This document shows, one piece after another, positions 11,139-23,578 of a stretch of 64,000 bases of DNA (within the stretch, counting starts at the first letter, position 1; every line of letters starts with the position of its first letter). The notes under the pieces are model-generated. The model did no database searches. It was not told the DNA's origin and saw only the letters and a list, made by a program, of their open reading frames with translations. The position numbers and the translations under genes are program-made. The stretch spans positions 170,953-234,952 of the forward strand of contig CAVSRA010000004.1 of assembly GCA_963730245.1 (NCBI GenBank). The letters are read 5' to 3'. The stretch is from an uncultured Alphaproteobacteria bacterium. Lineage in GTDB: Bacteria; Pseudomonadota; Alphaproteobacteria; Rhizobiales; Beijerinckiaceae.

Positions 11139-11312
11139 TTATTTCCCCTTGACCGTGTCCTTGAGGCCGCCGACAGCGTTCTGAACCTTTCCTGCCGCCT
11201 GCTCTGCCTTGCCGTCGGTTTGCAGCTTGGCATCGCCAAGCACCTTGCCGGCGACCTCCTTGACTTTGCCTATGATCCCCTTTTCCGATCCTTCGATCCG
11301 ATCTTTGTCCAT
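11139..11312 (-). CDS. csbD: CsbD-family general stress protein
   Basis: MDKDRIEG...GKVKEVAGKVLGDAKLQTDGKAEQAAGKVQNAVGGLKD. Confidence 0.9.
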   Translation of the reverse strand: MDKDRIEGSEKGIIGKVKEVAGKVLGDAKLQTDGKAEQAAGKVQNAVGGLKDTVKGK

Positions 11313-11412
11313 GATATGTTCTCCAAAAAAGCCGCCCAGGGTGGGACGTGCACATAATAGCTTTCGATGGATTCGATCGCTATGGCCAGTCAACGTAACT
11401 GGACATTGAGGC

Positions 11413-11438
11413 AACTCGCGCCATACCAAAATAGTTCC
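11413..11438 (-). promoter_or_regulatory. Putative EcfG (general stress sigma) promoter for csbD
   Basis: Minus strand GGAAC-N17-AGTT versus consensus GGAAC-N16/17-CGTT. Confidence 0.55.
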
Positions 11439-11657
11439 ATCGAACCGTCAACCGAGGAACAATTAATCGTGTACCTAATTCGTTTCCATGATGGTTGTGG
11501 ATAAGCTAAGCCGCAGTTCTGCAAAATAAATAGGGGATATAATGGCGATTGTGGCGGGTTTCACATTTTCATTATTTATTTCGATTACCATGAATATCTT
11601 TTGCTTCCTCACGCCCGGGCTGCCGCCGCATAGTGAAGCCGGCGATAGCCCTTGTAA

Positions 11658-13372
11658 CTGGCATTCCCCAGATAACCGGGAATGTGCCAAGCGCGTATCA
11701 TTGATCTCCTGCCGTGACATCGGACATTCGTCCTATACCGGCATTATTTTCCGGATCGCCCGCTTATTGAGGTTGAGATTGCCGCGCTGCGGCGCTGCTG
11801 TGGTGCTCCGGCACACCAAAACCAGTGACATGGGCGGATCGCGCACCGGACAATACAGAGTCGGTTGTGATCAAAACGCACTTCTCCCTTAGTTTTTGCT
11901 CGACGCATGACGACCGAACACTTCACGCAGGCGCTGGATTGGGCGGCGGCCGCAGGTCGGCGATCATTCGTAGGATGTCCGCGAAGAGATTTTTCGGAAT
12001 GGCGACTTCGGCCATCTGAAACGCGACATAGCGGCCATGGCTCACGATCTTCGCGCCGATCTTGATCAGCTTTTCCTTCAGGCTCGTCAGTGACCAATCC
12101 TTTATCGGTTCGGGCGTCGCCAGCGTGCGCAGAAAATTACCGAGATTGTAGGCCAGCGCATGAAGCTGGAGACGGACGGCGTTAGCAGCGAACGACCGAC
12201 ATGATAGCCGGGTCCACTTGATTGCGCCTTTTCCTTCCTTGATCCATTGCTCACACGTGCCGCGCTTGTTGTAGAAGGCGACGACATTCTCGGCGGAGCG
12301 CGCCATGTTCGTCACGATGAAGCCGACGCGCGGATAAAGCTCGCCCGGATGCCATTCGACCTTGGCGATCACCCGACGCGGCTGCGACCAGCTTCCCGCT
12401 TGATAGGTGAAACTTGCATGGGATCGGCAGACGTCATTGGACGGGCGACCAACCGGGCGTTTGAGCAGATAGCCGATCCTCTCTTGCAAGATGTGATTGG
12501 CGGGCAGACGGATCGCATATTTGATCCGTTCTGCCTCCAGATATTCGTAAACTTCGGGGTTTGCGAAGCCGGCGTCGGCGCGGAAATAAATGCGTGAGAC
12601 CTTGCCTTGATACCGCGCCACGACCGGCTTCAGCACCGCCTCCCATCCATCGGCGCTGTGAACATTGCCGGGGCGCAGGGCGCAGCGTTCCAAATCGCCA
12701 TATTGGTTGAAAACGAACAGCGGATGATAGCAGGTGCAGTCATAGTGACCGTTCCAGACACTGTGTTCCTGTTCGCCATGCGTCGGGCTCACGCTCGAAT
12801 CCATGTCGAGCAAGATACCTCTCGGCGGACGGCGACCATGAACGCTGTCGATCCATTTGCCGGAGAGATCAGCGAGCGCCGAAAGGTTCTTTTCCGCCGT
12901 GAGCCAGCGCGTCTCAAAGCGGCCCATCTGGCTCGGCGAAGCCGCTGCATCCGAGGCCGCCTTTCCGCCGACTATCCACCGCATCGCGGGATCATGGCGC
13001 AGGCGTTGAGCGTCGTTCACGTCTTCATATCCGGCAAGTCGCCCAAATATGGATTGCCGCAACATCCCGACGAGTGCATGCCGGCCATTCTTGCCAGTGC
13101 GTGCGTCGGAGAGCGCATCACCCGCCATCGCGCTGAGGCACAGCGCGTCGTCCAGTTCCCGGTATGCGAGCAAGCCTGCGTCGGAGGTAACCACCGATCC
13201 GCGAAAGTGAAGCAACAATCGGCGGTCGAAATCGAGCCTGAGAGCGCCATCATACGATTCACCCGCCGGGTTCGCCATGACGGCCTCATTCGATCCGAAA
13301 TAACATGCTGATTATGTTAGCTGAATCGCGGCATCGACGCTGCAAATTATTGCCTCATCCGGCGTATGCGGG
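11658..13372 (-). mobile_element. IS1380 copy 2 (complete)
   Basis: Transposase 11923..13278; TSD TGTAA. Confidence 0.95.
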
Positions 13373-13859
13373 TGTAAACGTAATCGTTATTGTCTTTGGT
13401 GCGGTTGCGTATTTTACCGGCCGTTTGAATTGAAAAGGCGGGGAGGATTGCCGTTATCGCTGGGTTTGTCGTGGTTCTCGCCGGGCTCTTAAGCTGAGGA
13501 TTAAACGAGAAAAATCCGGCGCGCACGGACGTACGCGAGCTTCGCACAATGTTTATCGCGTATATTACAGTAACCGGAGCCGAATGACGGGTCGTCAAGA
13601 TCTCTCGGCGCTATCAAGCGTCGCGTTTTGCTTTGGAGATGGTGGCAGCTATTCATAAGGCGCTGGAAACGGTTTTGGCGTTGCGTGGCTCGTCAGCTTT
13701 GACAGACGCGGCGCTCGAAGATTTGGCGACGGAAGTGGTAGCGAGCGAAGGTGCCCCGCGTTTCGATCAAAACCGTTTCGCCGCGAAGCGCGAGCATGGC
13801 TGCGTCATATTTCTTGATCAGTATCGCTTTCAGCGCAAGAATTGAGGGCGTTGACCGCG

Positions 13860-14065
13860 CCGCGCAACGGGGCGCGAGCTGCAGCCAGTGACCTTGGAAT
13901 CGCAAAACGCTATGAACGCGGCCGATGGCCCAACAACCGAGCCAAGAATTCGCATCAACCGACCCGACGATGAGAACGCAAGATGCAAGGTTTCAAGACC
14001 GTACGGGCCAGCCGCACCTTTCTCGCACCCGGCGTGCAAGAGGCATCCAACGCGTGCGTTCTGTC
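13860..14065 (+). mobile_element. IS6-family transposase fragment
   Basis: RYERGRWPNNRAKNSHQPTRR*ERKMQGFK. Confidence 0.7.
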
Positions 14066-14126
14066 TCATTACCGGCACTTTTCGTGTGTAGTGTCGCAAG
14101 CAATCCGCAAAAAAACGGTGGTCATT

Positions 14127-14773
14127 ATGCGAACAATTGCCCTTTTTCTCACTCTCCTCGCATTGCCAGTTGTGCCAGCGGGCGCCGATAGTCCCGCTGC
14201 CGCGACCAAGATCCATTGGGTCTTCGACATTGTCCGCGGAAACGATAAAATCGGCACGGATACGATCGACATCGAGCGTCAGAACGATACGACCACAGTC
14301 AAGATCAAGAAAGACGTTTCCGTCAAGGTAATATTCATCGAGGCCTATCGTTACGAACATTCCTGCAACGAAACCTGGAAAAACGGTCAACTCATCGCCT
14401 TTAAATCGCGGACCAATGATAATGGCACAAAACATTCCTCACGGCCGCGCCAAACAAGCTGAGCATGGATGCCGACGGCAAGCATAGCGATCTGCCCAAG
14501 ACTGCCGCACCGGCGAGCCTGTGGGGCAAGGACGCGATCCATCAATTCGACGCTTTCAATCCCGACACCGGCAAGCGCCTGTCGATGAAGGTGACCGATC
14601 TCGGCGAAGAAGTCTTAACACGCCATGGTGTGCCCCGCCGGACCCATCACTACAAAATCGCCGATACGTTGACTGGTGAATTTGCTCGCGACGTCTGGTT
14701 CGACGGCGACGCACTTGTGCGGACGAAGATTATCGGCTCCGACAATTCGGTTATCCTTTCGGATTTGCGGTAG
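14127..14773 (+). pseudogene. Exported beta-rich protein (DUF6134-like), frameshifted near 14440
   Basis: Signal peptide; FDIVRGNDKIG, AYRYEHSCNETWKNGQL, SRTNDNG; continues as 14465..14773. Confidence 0.6.
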
Positions 14774-14863
14774 AACTGTGGCCGTTCCTATCGAGCAGGA
14801 GCAGAGCATCGGATTGTGACGCGGCTCGTTGACCGCGGCGGCGCAATCGCCTGAAACAAACGC

Positions 14864-15060
14864 TCAAGATACCCATCGCATGTTTGGGCCAAAGAGTCTG
14901 CCGAGGCTGTGGACTTCGTGCGCCACCTCGTCGACGAAGCCCTTCGCCAGGACGTCGCGAAAACCATAGGCCGTTGGCGCCGAATAATCGTTTATGCGAA
15001 AGCGCACCAGCGCGGTCGAGGAAACCTTGCCCGGGCGCTTGGCGACCTGTTCCGTGGAAT
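14864..15060 (-). mobile_element. IS21-family istA fragment
   Basis: KVSSTALVRFRINDYSAPTAYGFRDVLAKGFVDEV. Confidence 0.7.
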
Positions 15061-15089
15061 ATCGGAGCCATCGCCGCGCCGCCGGTGCT

Positions 15090-15440
15090 CGTCCTTGAGA
15101 AGGACGGGTTGGGCCCCGTGCCTTGCCATCCTTGAGGCCTTCAGGACCCTTGGCATTGAAGCGCAGCACCCAATCACGGATGGTCTGCAGCCCGACGCCG
15201 CCAATGCGCGCCGCATCGCTGCGCGAGCCGCCGTCAAAAATCTCGGCAACGGCCAGCAGACGGCGGGCAAAGGCGGCATCCTTGCTCTGCTTGGCGAGGG
15301 CACGAAGCTGAAGTCCTGTAAAATCAGTCCGAATGGCAAACGGCACAGACATGGCGAATCTCCATGGTTCGCCAAAATAAATCATGCCGCCGCCGATTTG
15401 AAAACCCTCAACGAGTCAGCCTTTCAAGGACACGGTACTA
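15090..15440 (-). mobile_element. Diverged IS630 left-end fragment
   Basis: RRLLAVAEIFDGGSRSDAARIGGVGLQTIRDWVLRFNAKGP. Confidence 0.8.
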
Positions 15441-15590
15441 CATGCGGTATTACAATGGTGCTCGCACACATTTGTCAATGAACAATGGGCCAGCGCCCCG
15501 GTCCGTTCAGGCTGTTGGACGGATTTTGTCGGCGCCAGTTCTCGGCGGATTACATCATCACTACGTTCGGACTTGATTTCCGACAGGGAC
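15440..15590 (+). mobile_element. Integrase-core (rve) transposase C-terminal fragment
   Basis: YYNGARTHLS...PVLGGLHHHYVR. Confidence 0.7.
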
Positions 15591-15594
15591 AGCT

Positions 15595-15681
15595 CTCTTC
15601 CAAAAGCTGTTTGCCATGGTGAATCAGATAAATGCCGACTCGGGAATCCGCCTCAGGAGTCAAACTTTCAGAGACTTGGTA
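15595..15681 (-). mobile_element. Solo left end of the same IS630 as 3000-4113
   Basis: Near-identical to 185-270, ends GAGACTTGGTA. Confidence 0.85.
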
Positions 15682-15942
15682 TTAGTTGGAGCAAGACGGT
15701 GCCGTGAAAGCCACGCGCGTCGCCGTTGGACTGTGGCTGGGACTGTTGGCGGGTTTGGGCGGCACGATCCTGCTTTTACGGAGCGGCTGAATACGGTCAG
15801 AAAAGAAATGTGAATATCCAATTTCTCGGCGCAACCGTGCCGTAGCGAATACAATGGTGCGATGAAAAGTACTCGAGAATGACAACAGGTGTCCCGCAAC
15901 TCACCCATCTTGGGGCATTGCTAAAAGACAGAGAGAATACCA

Positions 15943-16135
15943 ATGACGAATCCCAATGCCAAGCAGCCTAAGGCTCCCATATCGAAGCCTGGATCAACGT
16001 CCAATTCAAAAGACGATTTGAAATCCCCCTGCCGGAAGTGGAGAAAAGATTGGGCTCGTCGCCGGATGGTCTCAGTCAAGCCGAGGCGCAAAAACGGCTG
16101 ACCCAATATGGGCCAAACGAGATTGAAGAGAAGAA
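15943..16135 (+). pseudogene. P-type (H+-ATPase-like) ATPase N-terminal fragment
   Basis: GLSQAEAQKRLTQYGPNEIEEKK cation_ATPase_N motif; cut by IS21 fragment. Confidence 0.65.
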
Positions 16136-16136
16136 G

Positions 16137-16310
16137 TTCTCTTGGGTCTCGCGTGGATAGGCGCGGACAAACGGCATGCGGCTGTGGCAGAGCCGCATAT
16201 GGGCGACCTTCACGGTCACCGTCGCGCCGTTCAGCACGACGATTTCATGGCTCCAGTCGAACTGATAGGCCTCGCCGGGAGCAAAGGTGAGCGGCACATA
16301 AGCCTGCGGC
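16137..16310 (-). mobile_element. IS21 istA fragment related to 55200..56699
   Basis: AYVPLTFAPGEAYQFDWSHEIVV...RAYPRETQE. Confidence 0.85.
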
Positions 16311-16679
16311 TCATCGCCGGTTACTGCTACGGAATCCGCTTTGAACGCAAGTTCTGCGAGGCCGATCATTCGACGTTTTCGGTCAATCGCCACGGCCGCT
16401 TCCGTCACTCCCGCGACCACCCGCAGGTCGCCCCATTTTCGTTGCGCACTCGCCTCAGGGCGGACCGCTAAGCAAATCGGTGGGGACCACTAAACCAACG
16501 TGGAAGCCAGCGCCGGTTTCCTCCCGAAGTGGCGCAAAGCCGACGGAATCGAGCATTCCAAGAAGTGCACCGTCGGAGGCCGCCAATGTAGGGGCACCGC
16601 TGAAATCCGCGAGGAAACGCCCCTTGTAGTTCAATGCGCCGTCCATTGCCGTGTCCGATCTCAGCCATAACAGCCGAGC

Positions 16680-16994
16680 GGCACGACCTGCAGAAGGCGG
16701 GAGCTGGCTTGCGTTCGCTTGCCGAGCCGGTCGTCGATGTCCGATTTAGCGGAACTGGTGCTTGCCATGCTTGGCGTCGCCGCGAAGCTCGAACGCCGAC
16801 GCATCAGGGAGCGCACGGCGCGGGGCCGCGCCGACGCAAAAGCCAATGGTGTGAAATTCGGACGCAAGCCGAAACTCACGCCGCACCAGAAGCGCGAGGC
16901 GATCAAGCGCCGAAATAAAGACGAAGAAACCTTGCGCTCGATTGGCCGCAGCTACAATGTCAGCGCCGCGACGATTTCGAGGCTAGCGGTATGA
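16680..16994 (+). pseudogene. Resolvase (small serine recombinase) C-terminal fragment
   Basis: ERRRIRERTARGRADAKANGVKFGRKPKLT, terminal HTH. Confidence 0.8.
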
Positions 16995-17096
16995 ATGGGG
17001 GCATCACGCGGTGAATGAATCAAAACCCTATTCATCGAATGATCAAGTTCGAATTGCCTGAAACATGAGGAACAAATCCTAATTGGTGTGCGACTG

Positions 17097-17267
17097 CTAT
17101 TGAGGTCGTTTGGTGTTTTGGCCGACATATGGCGCAGGCTCGCCAGCAAGGCCCTTGTCCACACTGTAGTGCTTGCACGCGTTACCCAGGCGAGCCTTTA
17201 TCAGATACGTGTGGTCGAAGCGTGCGCCCGGCGTATTGGCATACATGACGCTGACCTTGATCATGAC
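17097..17267 (-). pseudogene. EthD-family fragment
   Basis: MIKVSVMYANTPGARFDHTY...YSVDKGLAG. Confidence 0.65.
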
Positions 17268-17308
17268 CACTTCTCCGCATTCCACTTCGCCCGTGGTGTA
17301 GCGAGGCC

Positions 17309-17955
17309 CTATTTCACAGGCTCCTCCTTGATCCTGTCGCCGCCCTTTGCAACGGGAATGACCCAGATGGGCGTGGCGACATCTGCGGAGCTGAGCAGCG
17401 ATATATAGGGCTGGTTATTGGAGAGATCCTGGTTGATGCCCCGGAGCGCGTCCTTGGCTGAATCGGGAAGCACGACCATGATGTGCGGGCCGACATAGAA
17501 CCATTCTTTGACCTGGCTGGGGTCTTTTGCCGGAGCTGCACCCTGTCCCTGCCTTGCCTCGCCCAAAAGCATGTAGGACAGTCCAACGCGATCGATGTCA
17601 GGCTTCTTCCCAGCGAGGGTTGCCGTGAGCCACTTCATCATGGTCTCGTCTGCGCACATCGGGTCGTGCTGAGGCCTTCCGGGAACGTCGGGCATGCATG
17701 TCCAACCATTGGTGCCCTGGCGAAGCACCCTGCCGTGAGACATTCCATCCTTCGGATTCGCGGGCCAATCCATCACGGCTGCGTGCTCCGTGATGCTAGC
17801 GGGGCCCGCGCTCAGCGAGTTCGCAATTTTCCATTCGTCGGAATGCGCTGACGTGGTGAACGTACCCGGCGCTAACGGCGTCATAGCGGTTGCCAGGTCT
17901 TCCGCACAAGCTATCGATGAAATCGTTGCGAGACTGATCGCGCCGTATAGGACAC
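17309..17955 (-). pseudogene. Exported hypothetical protein, 5' end replaced by IS1380 remnant
   Basis: LRQGTNGWTCMPD...DPMCADETMM, GLSYML, GPHIMVV. Confidence 0.55.
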
Positions 17956-17959
17956 CGCC

Positions 17960-18570
17960 ACAAAATCTCCTGGAACATTTGCCGGGGAATGGCGACCTCG
18001 GCCATCTGAAAGGCGACATAGCGGCCGTGGCTCACGATCTTCGCGCCAATCTTGATCAGCCTTTCCTTGAGAGTCGTCAGCGACCAGTCCTTGATCGGCT
18101 CCGGCGTCGCCAGCGTGCGCAGGAAATTCCCGAGATTGTAAGCCAGCGCATGAAGCTGGAGGCGAACAGCGTTGGCGGCGAAGGAACGGCACGACAACCG
18201 GTCCACTTGATCGCGCCCTTGCCCTCTTTGATCCACTGCTCACAGGTCCCACGCTTGTTGTAGAAGGCAACGACGTTCTCGGCGGCTCGCACCATGTTCG
18301 TGACAAGGAAGCCGACGCGCGGATAAAGTTCGCCTGGATGCCATTCGACCTTGGCCACGACGCGGCGCGGCTTTGTCCAGCGTCCCGCCTGATAGATGAA
18401 ATTTGCATAGGAACGCCGCACTTCATTCGGCGGTCGCCCAATCGGGCGCGTCAGCAGATGGCCGATCCCCTCTTGCAGGATGCGGTTCGCCGGCAACCGG
18501 ATCGCGTATTTGATCCGCTCGGCATCTAAGAACTCGTAAACGTCTGGACTGGCGAAGGCGGCGTCAGCCC
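17960..18570 (-). mobile_element. Diverged IS1380-family fragment
   Basis: KVEWHPGELYPRVGF, KRGTCEQWIKEGK, but DNA differs from the seven main copies. Confidence 0.85.
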
Positions 18571-18574
18571 GCCG

Positions 18575-18910
18575 CGGGTGCGCAACAAGGCGAGCGCCCG
18601 ATCGAACGAGGGTTGCAAAAGCGACGGCGCAACCGGGTCGAGCATCGAACGGATGTGGTTGTCGGTTGGGATTTTCGCCATGCCGAACAGGGTCCGGCAA
18701 TTGGAGGTCTTGCGCGCCTCCTCAAGCTCGCGCTGATGCGCCAGAAAGGATTCGGACTGGATGAAGAACAGCGAAAACGCCGACAACCCGATGTCGGCCA
18801 TCGAATAGACCGCGTCGCCGCCCTTCCGCTTGTCGGAAAAGCCAGCGCAAACATCCTTCAGGCCGGAAAGAAGCGCGTCGAGAATCACCACCCCGACCTT
18901 GAATCAGAAA
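18575..18910 (-). mobile_element. ISNCY-type transposase N-terminal fragment
   Basis: YSMADIGLSAFSLFFIQSESFLAHQR...KIPTDNHIRSMLD. Confidence 0.7.
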
Positions 18911-19149
18911 GATAGGCTCAGGGAAACCAGAAAATTCAGCCTTCAGCCGACCATTTAGAATTGCTGCAGGGCCGGCCAAAGCACTTTTCATCATATGCAA
19001 AACATACTAGTATCCATAATCACCAGTGCGCGAAACGCTGTCTTCCCATGTCTAGCCGACTCGCGCTCCACTGATAGTGGGTACTAGCCTGCCCAAGTCT
19101 TACAGGATGCGCGGAACTTTCGCGGCGCAACAAAAGGGGAGAGGGAACA

Positions 19150-21658
19150 ATGGCGCAGCTAAAACTGTTTGGCGGGGGGTTCGCCATTTTGTCGTGCATG
19201 TTGCTTCTTGCAATTTGCGACTCCCCTCCGGCATCCGGGCAGATGCTGGATGAGGCGCAGAAGGCCGGGCGAAAGGCCGCGACCTTCCCGCAGGCCGACG
19301 AAGATTATTTCCACGACATGGACAATGGGGTGGCGCTGACTCCTGAGGAGGTCAAGGGCCGCAACATGTGGTTGGTGTGGACCGGAGGCAATGATCGCCA
19401 ATGGGATACGCTCGCCACGTCATCAACCCTCGGCTACCATGATCTCTTGAAGGTCGTGACCTCCCATCCGAGCCAGACATATTGCTACGGACCATGCAAT
19501 CGCGACACGCGCTGGCATTGGCTCGGCGCGGTCAATGAGCCCTGCTTCGAGAAGCCCGCGGGCCCAGATCCGGACCGTTTTGGACTCTGGCTAGATGTGC
19601 GACGCAAGGACTGCCCGCCCGATCCGTTCGAGAACGAAGCAAATTACCCTGGCGTGAAAATTGGCGCACGCGGCCAGCCGATCGGCGGCGGCAAGATTTT
19701 GCCGGTCGGCTCCTACTTCGGCTATGCCTCGGGGATCGTCGGCTTGCGCCTCTTCCCCAATCCCAATTTCGACGAGAATGCGGCGAAACACTGGAATCCG
19801 GAAAGATATTACACCGACCCGGACTATTACAACGATCCGAAGCTCGTCCGGCCCTATCGGGTCGGCATGTCCTGCGCCATGTGCCATGTCAGCCCGAGCC
19901 CGATCCACCCCCCAGCCGACCCCTCGCATCCGCAATGGGCTGACCTCAACTCGACCCGCGGCGCCCAGTATCTGTGGTTCGGCCGCCTTTTTGCTTATAG
20001 GACCGACCTCACGAATTTTGTTCATCAAGTGACCAATACCTACGCGCCTGGCACGACGGAAACGTCATTGGTCTCGACTGACTATATCAATAATCCGCGG
20101 TCGAATAATGCGATCTATAATCTCGGCGCGCGGCTCGCGTTGGCGCACCGCTGGGGCAAGGAGACGCTGAAGGGCGGCGAGCTTAACAACAAGCAGCTCC
20201 CCGGTTTTTTCGATCCGCCGGACACGGCCTGGTCGCCGCGCGTGCTGAAGGATGGGGCCGAACTCGGTCGGCGTGTTTGGGGCGCTGAGCCGTGTCTATG
20301 TGAATATCGGGCTCTACAGCGAAGATTGGTTCACACATTTCAATCCCAGCGTCGGGGGCAAGCCGATTTCTCCATTCCTCATCAAGAACGCAGAGGAAAA
20401 TTCCGCCTTTTGGCGGGCGACCGAGGCGGGCGTCCCATTCATAGCGAAATTCTTTCTGAAAGCGGGTCAGCCGGACCACCTAAGGGACGCCCCTGGCGGG
20501 GACAAATATCTGACGGCCGACACAGCGACGCTGGAGCGCGGCAAGACCAAATTCGCGGAAACCTGCGCGCGGTGCCATTCGAGCAAACTGCCAGACGCCG
20601 CATGGACGAAATTGGATCCGGGCGGATGTTCCGGTCCAAATTATCTCACATGCTGGAAACGCTATTGGGATTACACGAAGACCGGCGAGTTCAAGGAGAA
20701 GATGCGCGAAATCGTCGCCAAGCCAGATTTCCTCGATAACAATTATCTTTCGACCGATGCGCGCATACCTGTCACTTTGCTGCGGACCAATGCCTGCAAT
20801 CCGCTCGCAACCAATTCAATCCGCGGCAACATCTGGGACAATTTCTCATCATCCGCTTACAAGGATCTGCCTTCGGTTGGGGCGATAACGCTTCAGGATC
20901 CCTTTACGGGAGAACGCTGGCACTACCCGATGCCGGGAGGCGGCCGCGGCTTTACCCGCGTGCCCTCGCTGGTCAGCGAGTGGGCCAACGCTCCCTTCCT
21001 TATCAACAAGCGGATCGGTCCATTCGACGACAATCCTTCGGTCGAGAGCAGGATGAAATCCTTCCAAGCGTCGGTCGAACAATTGCTTTGGCCCGAGAAA
21101 CGGCGTACCGAGCCTGGTCTTGATGGCTTCATCCTGCGGACGACGGAGCGAAGCTGGGTCAGAATTCCCAAGCGCCAGATTCCGCCGGAGCTGTCGTATC
21201 TCTTCAGCTCCCTGCCAGAGCCGTTCTCGGGCCTGCTAAAGGACCCAATCTCCCGTCTATTCGACAAGGACGGCAATTTCGAGCTTGGCCCAATTCCGGA
21301 AGGCTTCCCAATCTATTTCGTCAACTACCAGCCGTTAGTTGATATCGAAGGTGTTGCCGGGAAAGCGGAGCACGAAAAAAATTTCCTGGGCTTGCTGGGG
21401 ACACTTGTCGCGAATTTGCCGCCGCCCGGCGCCAGCGCGAGCGACGAGGAAATCCTTGCCTGGGTGCAGAAGCTGCGGGAACCGCTGTTGAAGCTCAGCA
21501 AATGCCCGGATTTCGTGATCAACCGGGGGCACTATTTCGGCACGGCGAAATTCAACGAAACGGAGGGCCTGAGCGACGAGGAAATGTCATTTGGTAAGGA
21601 GCCGGAGTTGAGCGACGACGACAAGCGCGCCTTGATTGAATTCATCAAGACATTCTGA
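19150..21658 (+). pseudogene. Large exported diheme c-type cytochrome (RoxA/MauG-superfamily-like), one frameshift near 20260
   Basis: Signal peptide; CAMCH at 19873 and CARCH at 20564; PSLVSEWANAPFLIN; GHYFG and DKRALIEFIKTF C-terminus; ORFs 19150..20739 and 20252..21658 join. Confidence 0.75.
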
Positions 21659-21669
21659 GGGAAGCTCCG

Positions 21670-23382
21670 TTGGCGCCAGAGCCAGAGTATGATTATGTGA
21701 TCGTCGGCTCCGGCGCCGGCGGCGGAACGCTCGCCGCGAGGCTCGCCGAGACGGGGATGCGCGTCTGTCTTTTGGAAGCAGGCGGGGATGCGCTCGCCAA
21801 AGGCGCGGGAGATAGTCTTCCCGAGGACTATGAGGTCCCGGCTTTCCACCCGTTCGCTTCGGAAAACCCGGCGATGAGCTGGAATTTTTTTGTCCGCCAC
21901 TACGAAGACGACGCGAAGCAGAAGGCCGATCCGAAGTGGCGCCCCGATCCCGATACGGGCGAGCCAAGCGTTTTTTATCCCCGTGCCGCGACCCTTGGTG
22001 GCTGCACCGCCCACAATGCGATGATTTTCGTCGCCCCGAACGACTCCGACTGGGACGGCATCGCGAAGCTCACCGGCGACCCATCCTGGCGGGCATCGGA
22101 AATGCGCCGCTATTTCCAGCTCCTCGAGGACTGCCGCCATCGCCGGCTCTGGCGCTTTTTGCGCTGGTTCCGCTTCGATCCGACCGGCCATGGCTGGAAG
22201 GGGGATGGCTTTCGACCGAGTGCGCGCTGCCCCGAAGGGTTCGTGACGGCCAAATTTTTCGAATGTTCATCTGTACGGCTTGGACGGTTATTTTCGGTGG
22301 ATCTTCCTGGACGGCCGCGATCCGGCGTTTGGTGAGAGGAGAGGCCGATCCAAACGACTGGCGTCGCCTTCGCCAACGCGCGGAGGGGCTCTGCTATACG
22401 CCTCTTTCGACGCGAGGTCATAAGCGCGGCGGCGTTCGGGAGCGCGTCCTCGATGTCGCCCGGCGCCACCCGAAGCACTTGCGCATCGAATACGACGCTC
22501 TGGCGATACGTGTCATTTTCGACGACGAGAAACTTCTGAACGGCGAATATCGGGCGACCGGCGTCGAATATCGCAAGGGCGAACGGCTCTGTGGCGCCCA
22601 TGAGAACGCCAGCGCGGAGCCTGGCGAGCTCCTGGAGGTTCGGGCGGCTCGGGAAGTGGTCCTGGCCGGAGGCGCCTTCAGCATGCCGCAGCTTTTGATG
22701 CTATCGGGGATTGGGCCGAGGGAAGTCCTGGAGAAACATGGCATCCCGGTTCGCGTCGAGCTTGCCGGCGTCGGACAAAATCTTCAGGACCGCCATGAGG
22801 TCGCCGTCGTTCATCAAATGGCCAAGCCTTGGAGTTCGCTCAAGGGCGCAAGGTTCGAGCGCGGCGATCGCCTGTACAAGGAATGGAGCGAACATCGCCG
22901 GGATTGGCACACTCATGGTGACGGCATGTATACATCGAACGGCGCCGCCATCTCCTTCTCCAAGCGCTCGACGCTTGAGCGGAAAGAACCTGATCTGTTC
23001 TGCATGGCGCTGCTGACGCGGTTCACGGGCTATTATCCGGGCTATTCCAAAGAGGTCCGGGAACACCTCGATTATCTGAGCTTCGCCCTGTTGAAGGCGT
23101 ATACGAACAATCGCGGTCGCGTCACATTGCGCTCGGACGATCCGCGCCGGCACCCGGAAATCAATTTTCATTATTTCGAAGAAGGCGACCCCGCGCGAAC
23201 CAAGCACGGACCTACCGAAGGGCGGCGTCCTAAGCAGCGATTTCAAGGTCCACGGGACGCAAGGGCTGCGCGTCGTCGATGCCTCGGTGTTTCCCCGCAT
23301 ACCCGGTTTTTTTATTGCGAGCGCGATCTATATGATCGCTGAAAAAGCCGCCGACGTCATTCTGCGCGAAGCAAGGGGCTAA
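21670..23382 (+). pseudogene. GMC-family FAD oxidoreductase (frameshift near 22200, internal deletion near 23195)
   Basis: YDYVIVGSGAGGG, YPRAATLGGCTAHNAMI, LLMLSGIG, GVGQNLQD, LRVVDASVFP, IYMIAEKAAD. Confidence 0.88.
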
Positions 23383-23578
23383 CGCAGTGCACAATAGATC
23401 GGCTACACGCGCGCACTTTTGGAATAACTTGCTACTCGTCCGGTCATAGGTTAGGCTGAGCGCATTAGGCGCTATCGGTTCCAGAAAGTGGACGCGCAAA
23501 TGGCGCCTCGTTACGGAGAGTTTTGTATTCGAATGTTGCACGGTTGAAGTTCACAAACTGTCTCTTGGCCAAAAACCA

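Noticed and set aside
564-13372. Composite transposon formed by IS1380 copies 1 and 2
   Set aside because: Each copy has its own matching TSD, so they inserted independently.
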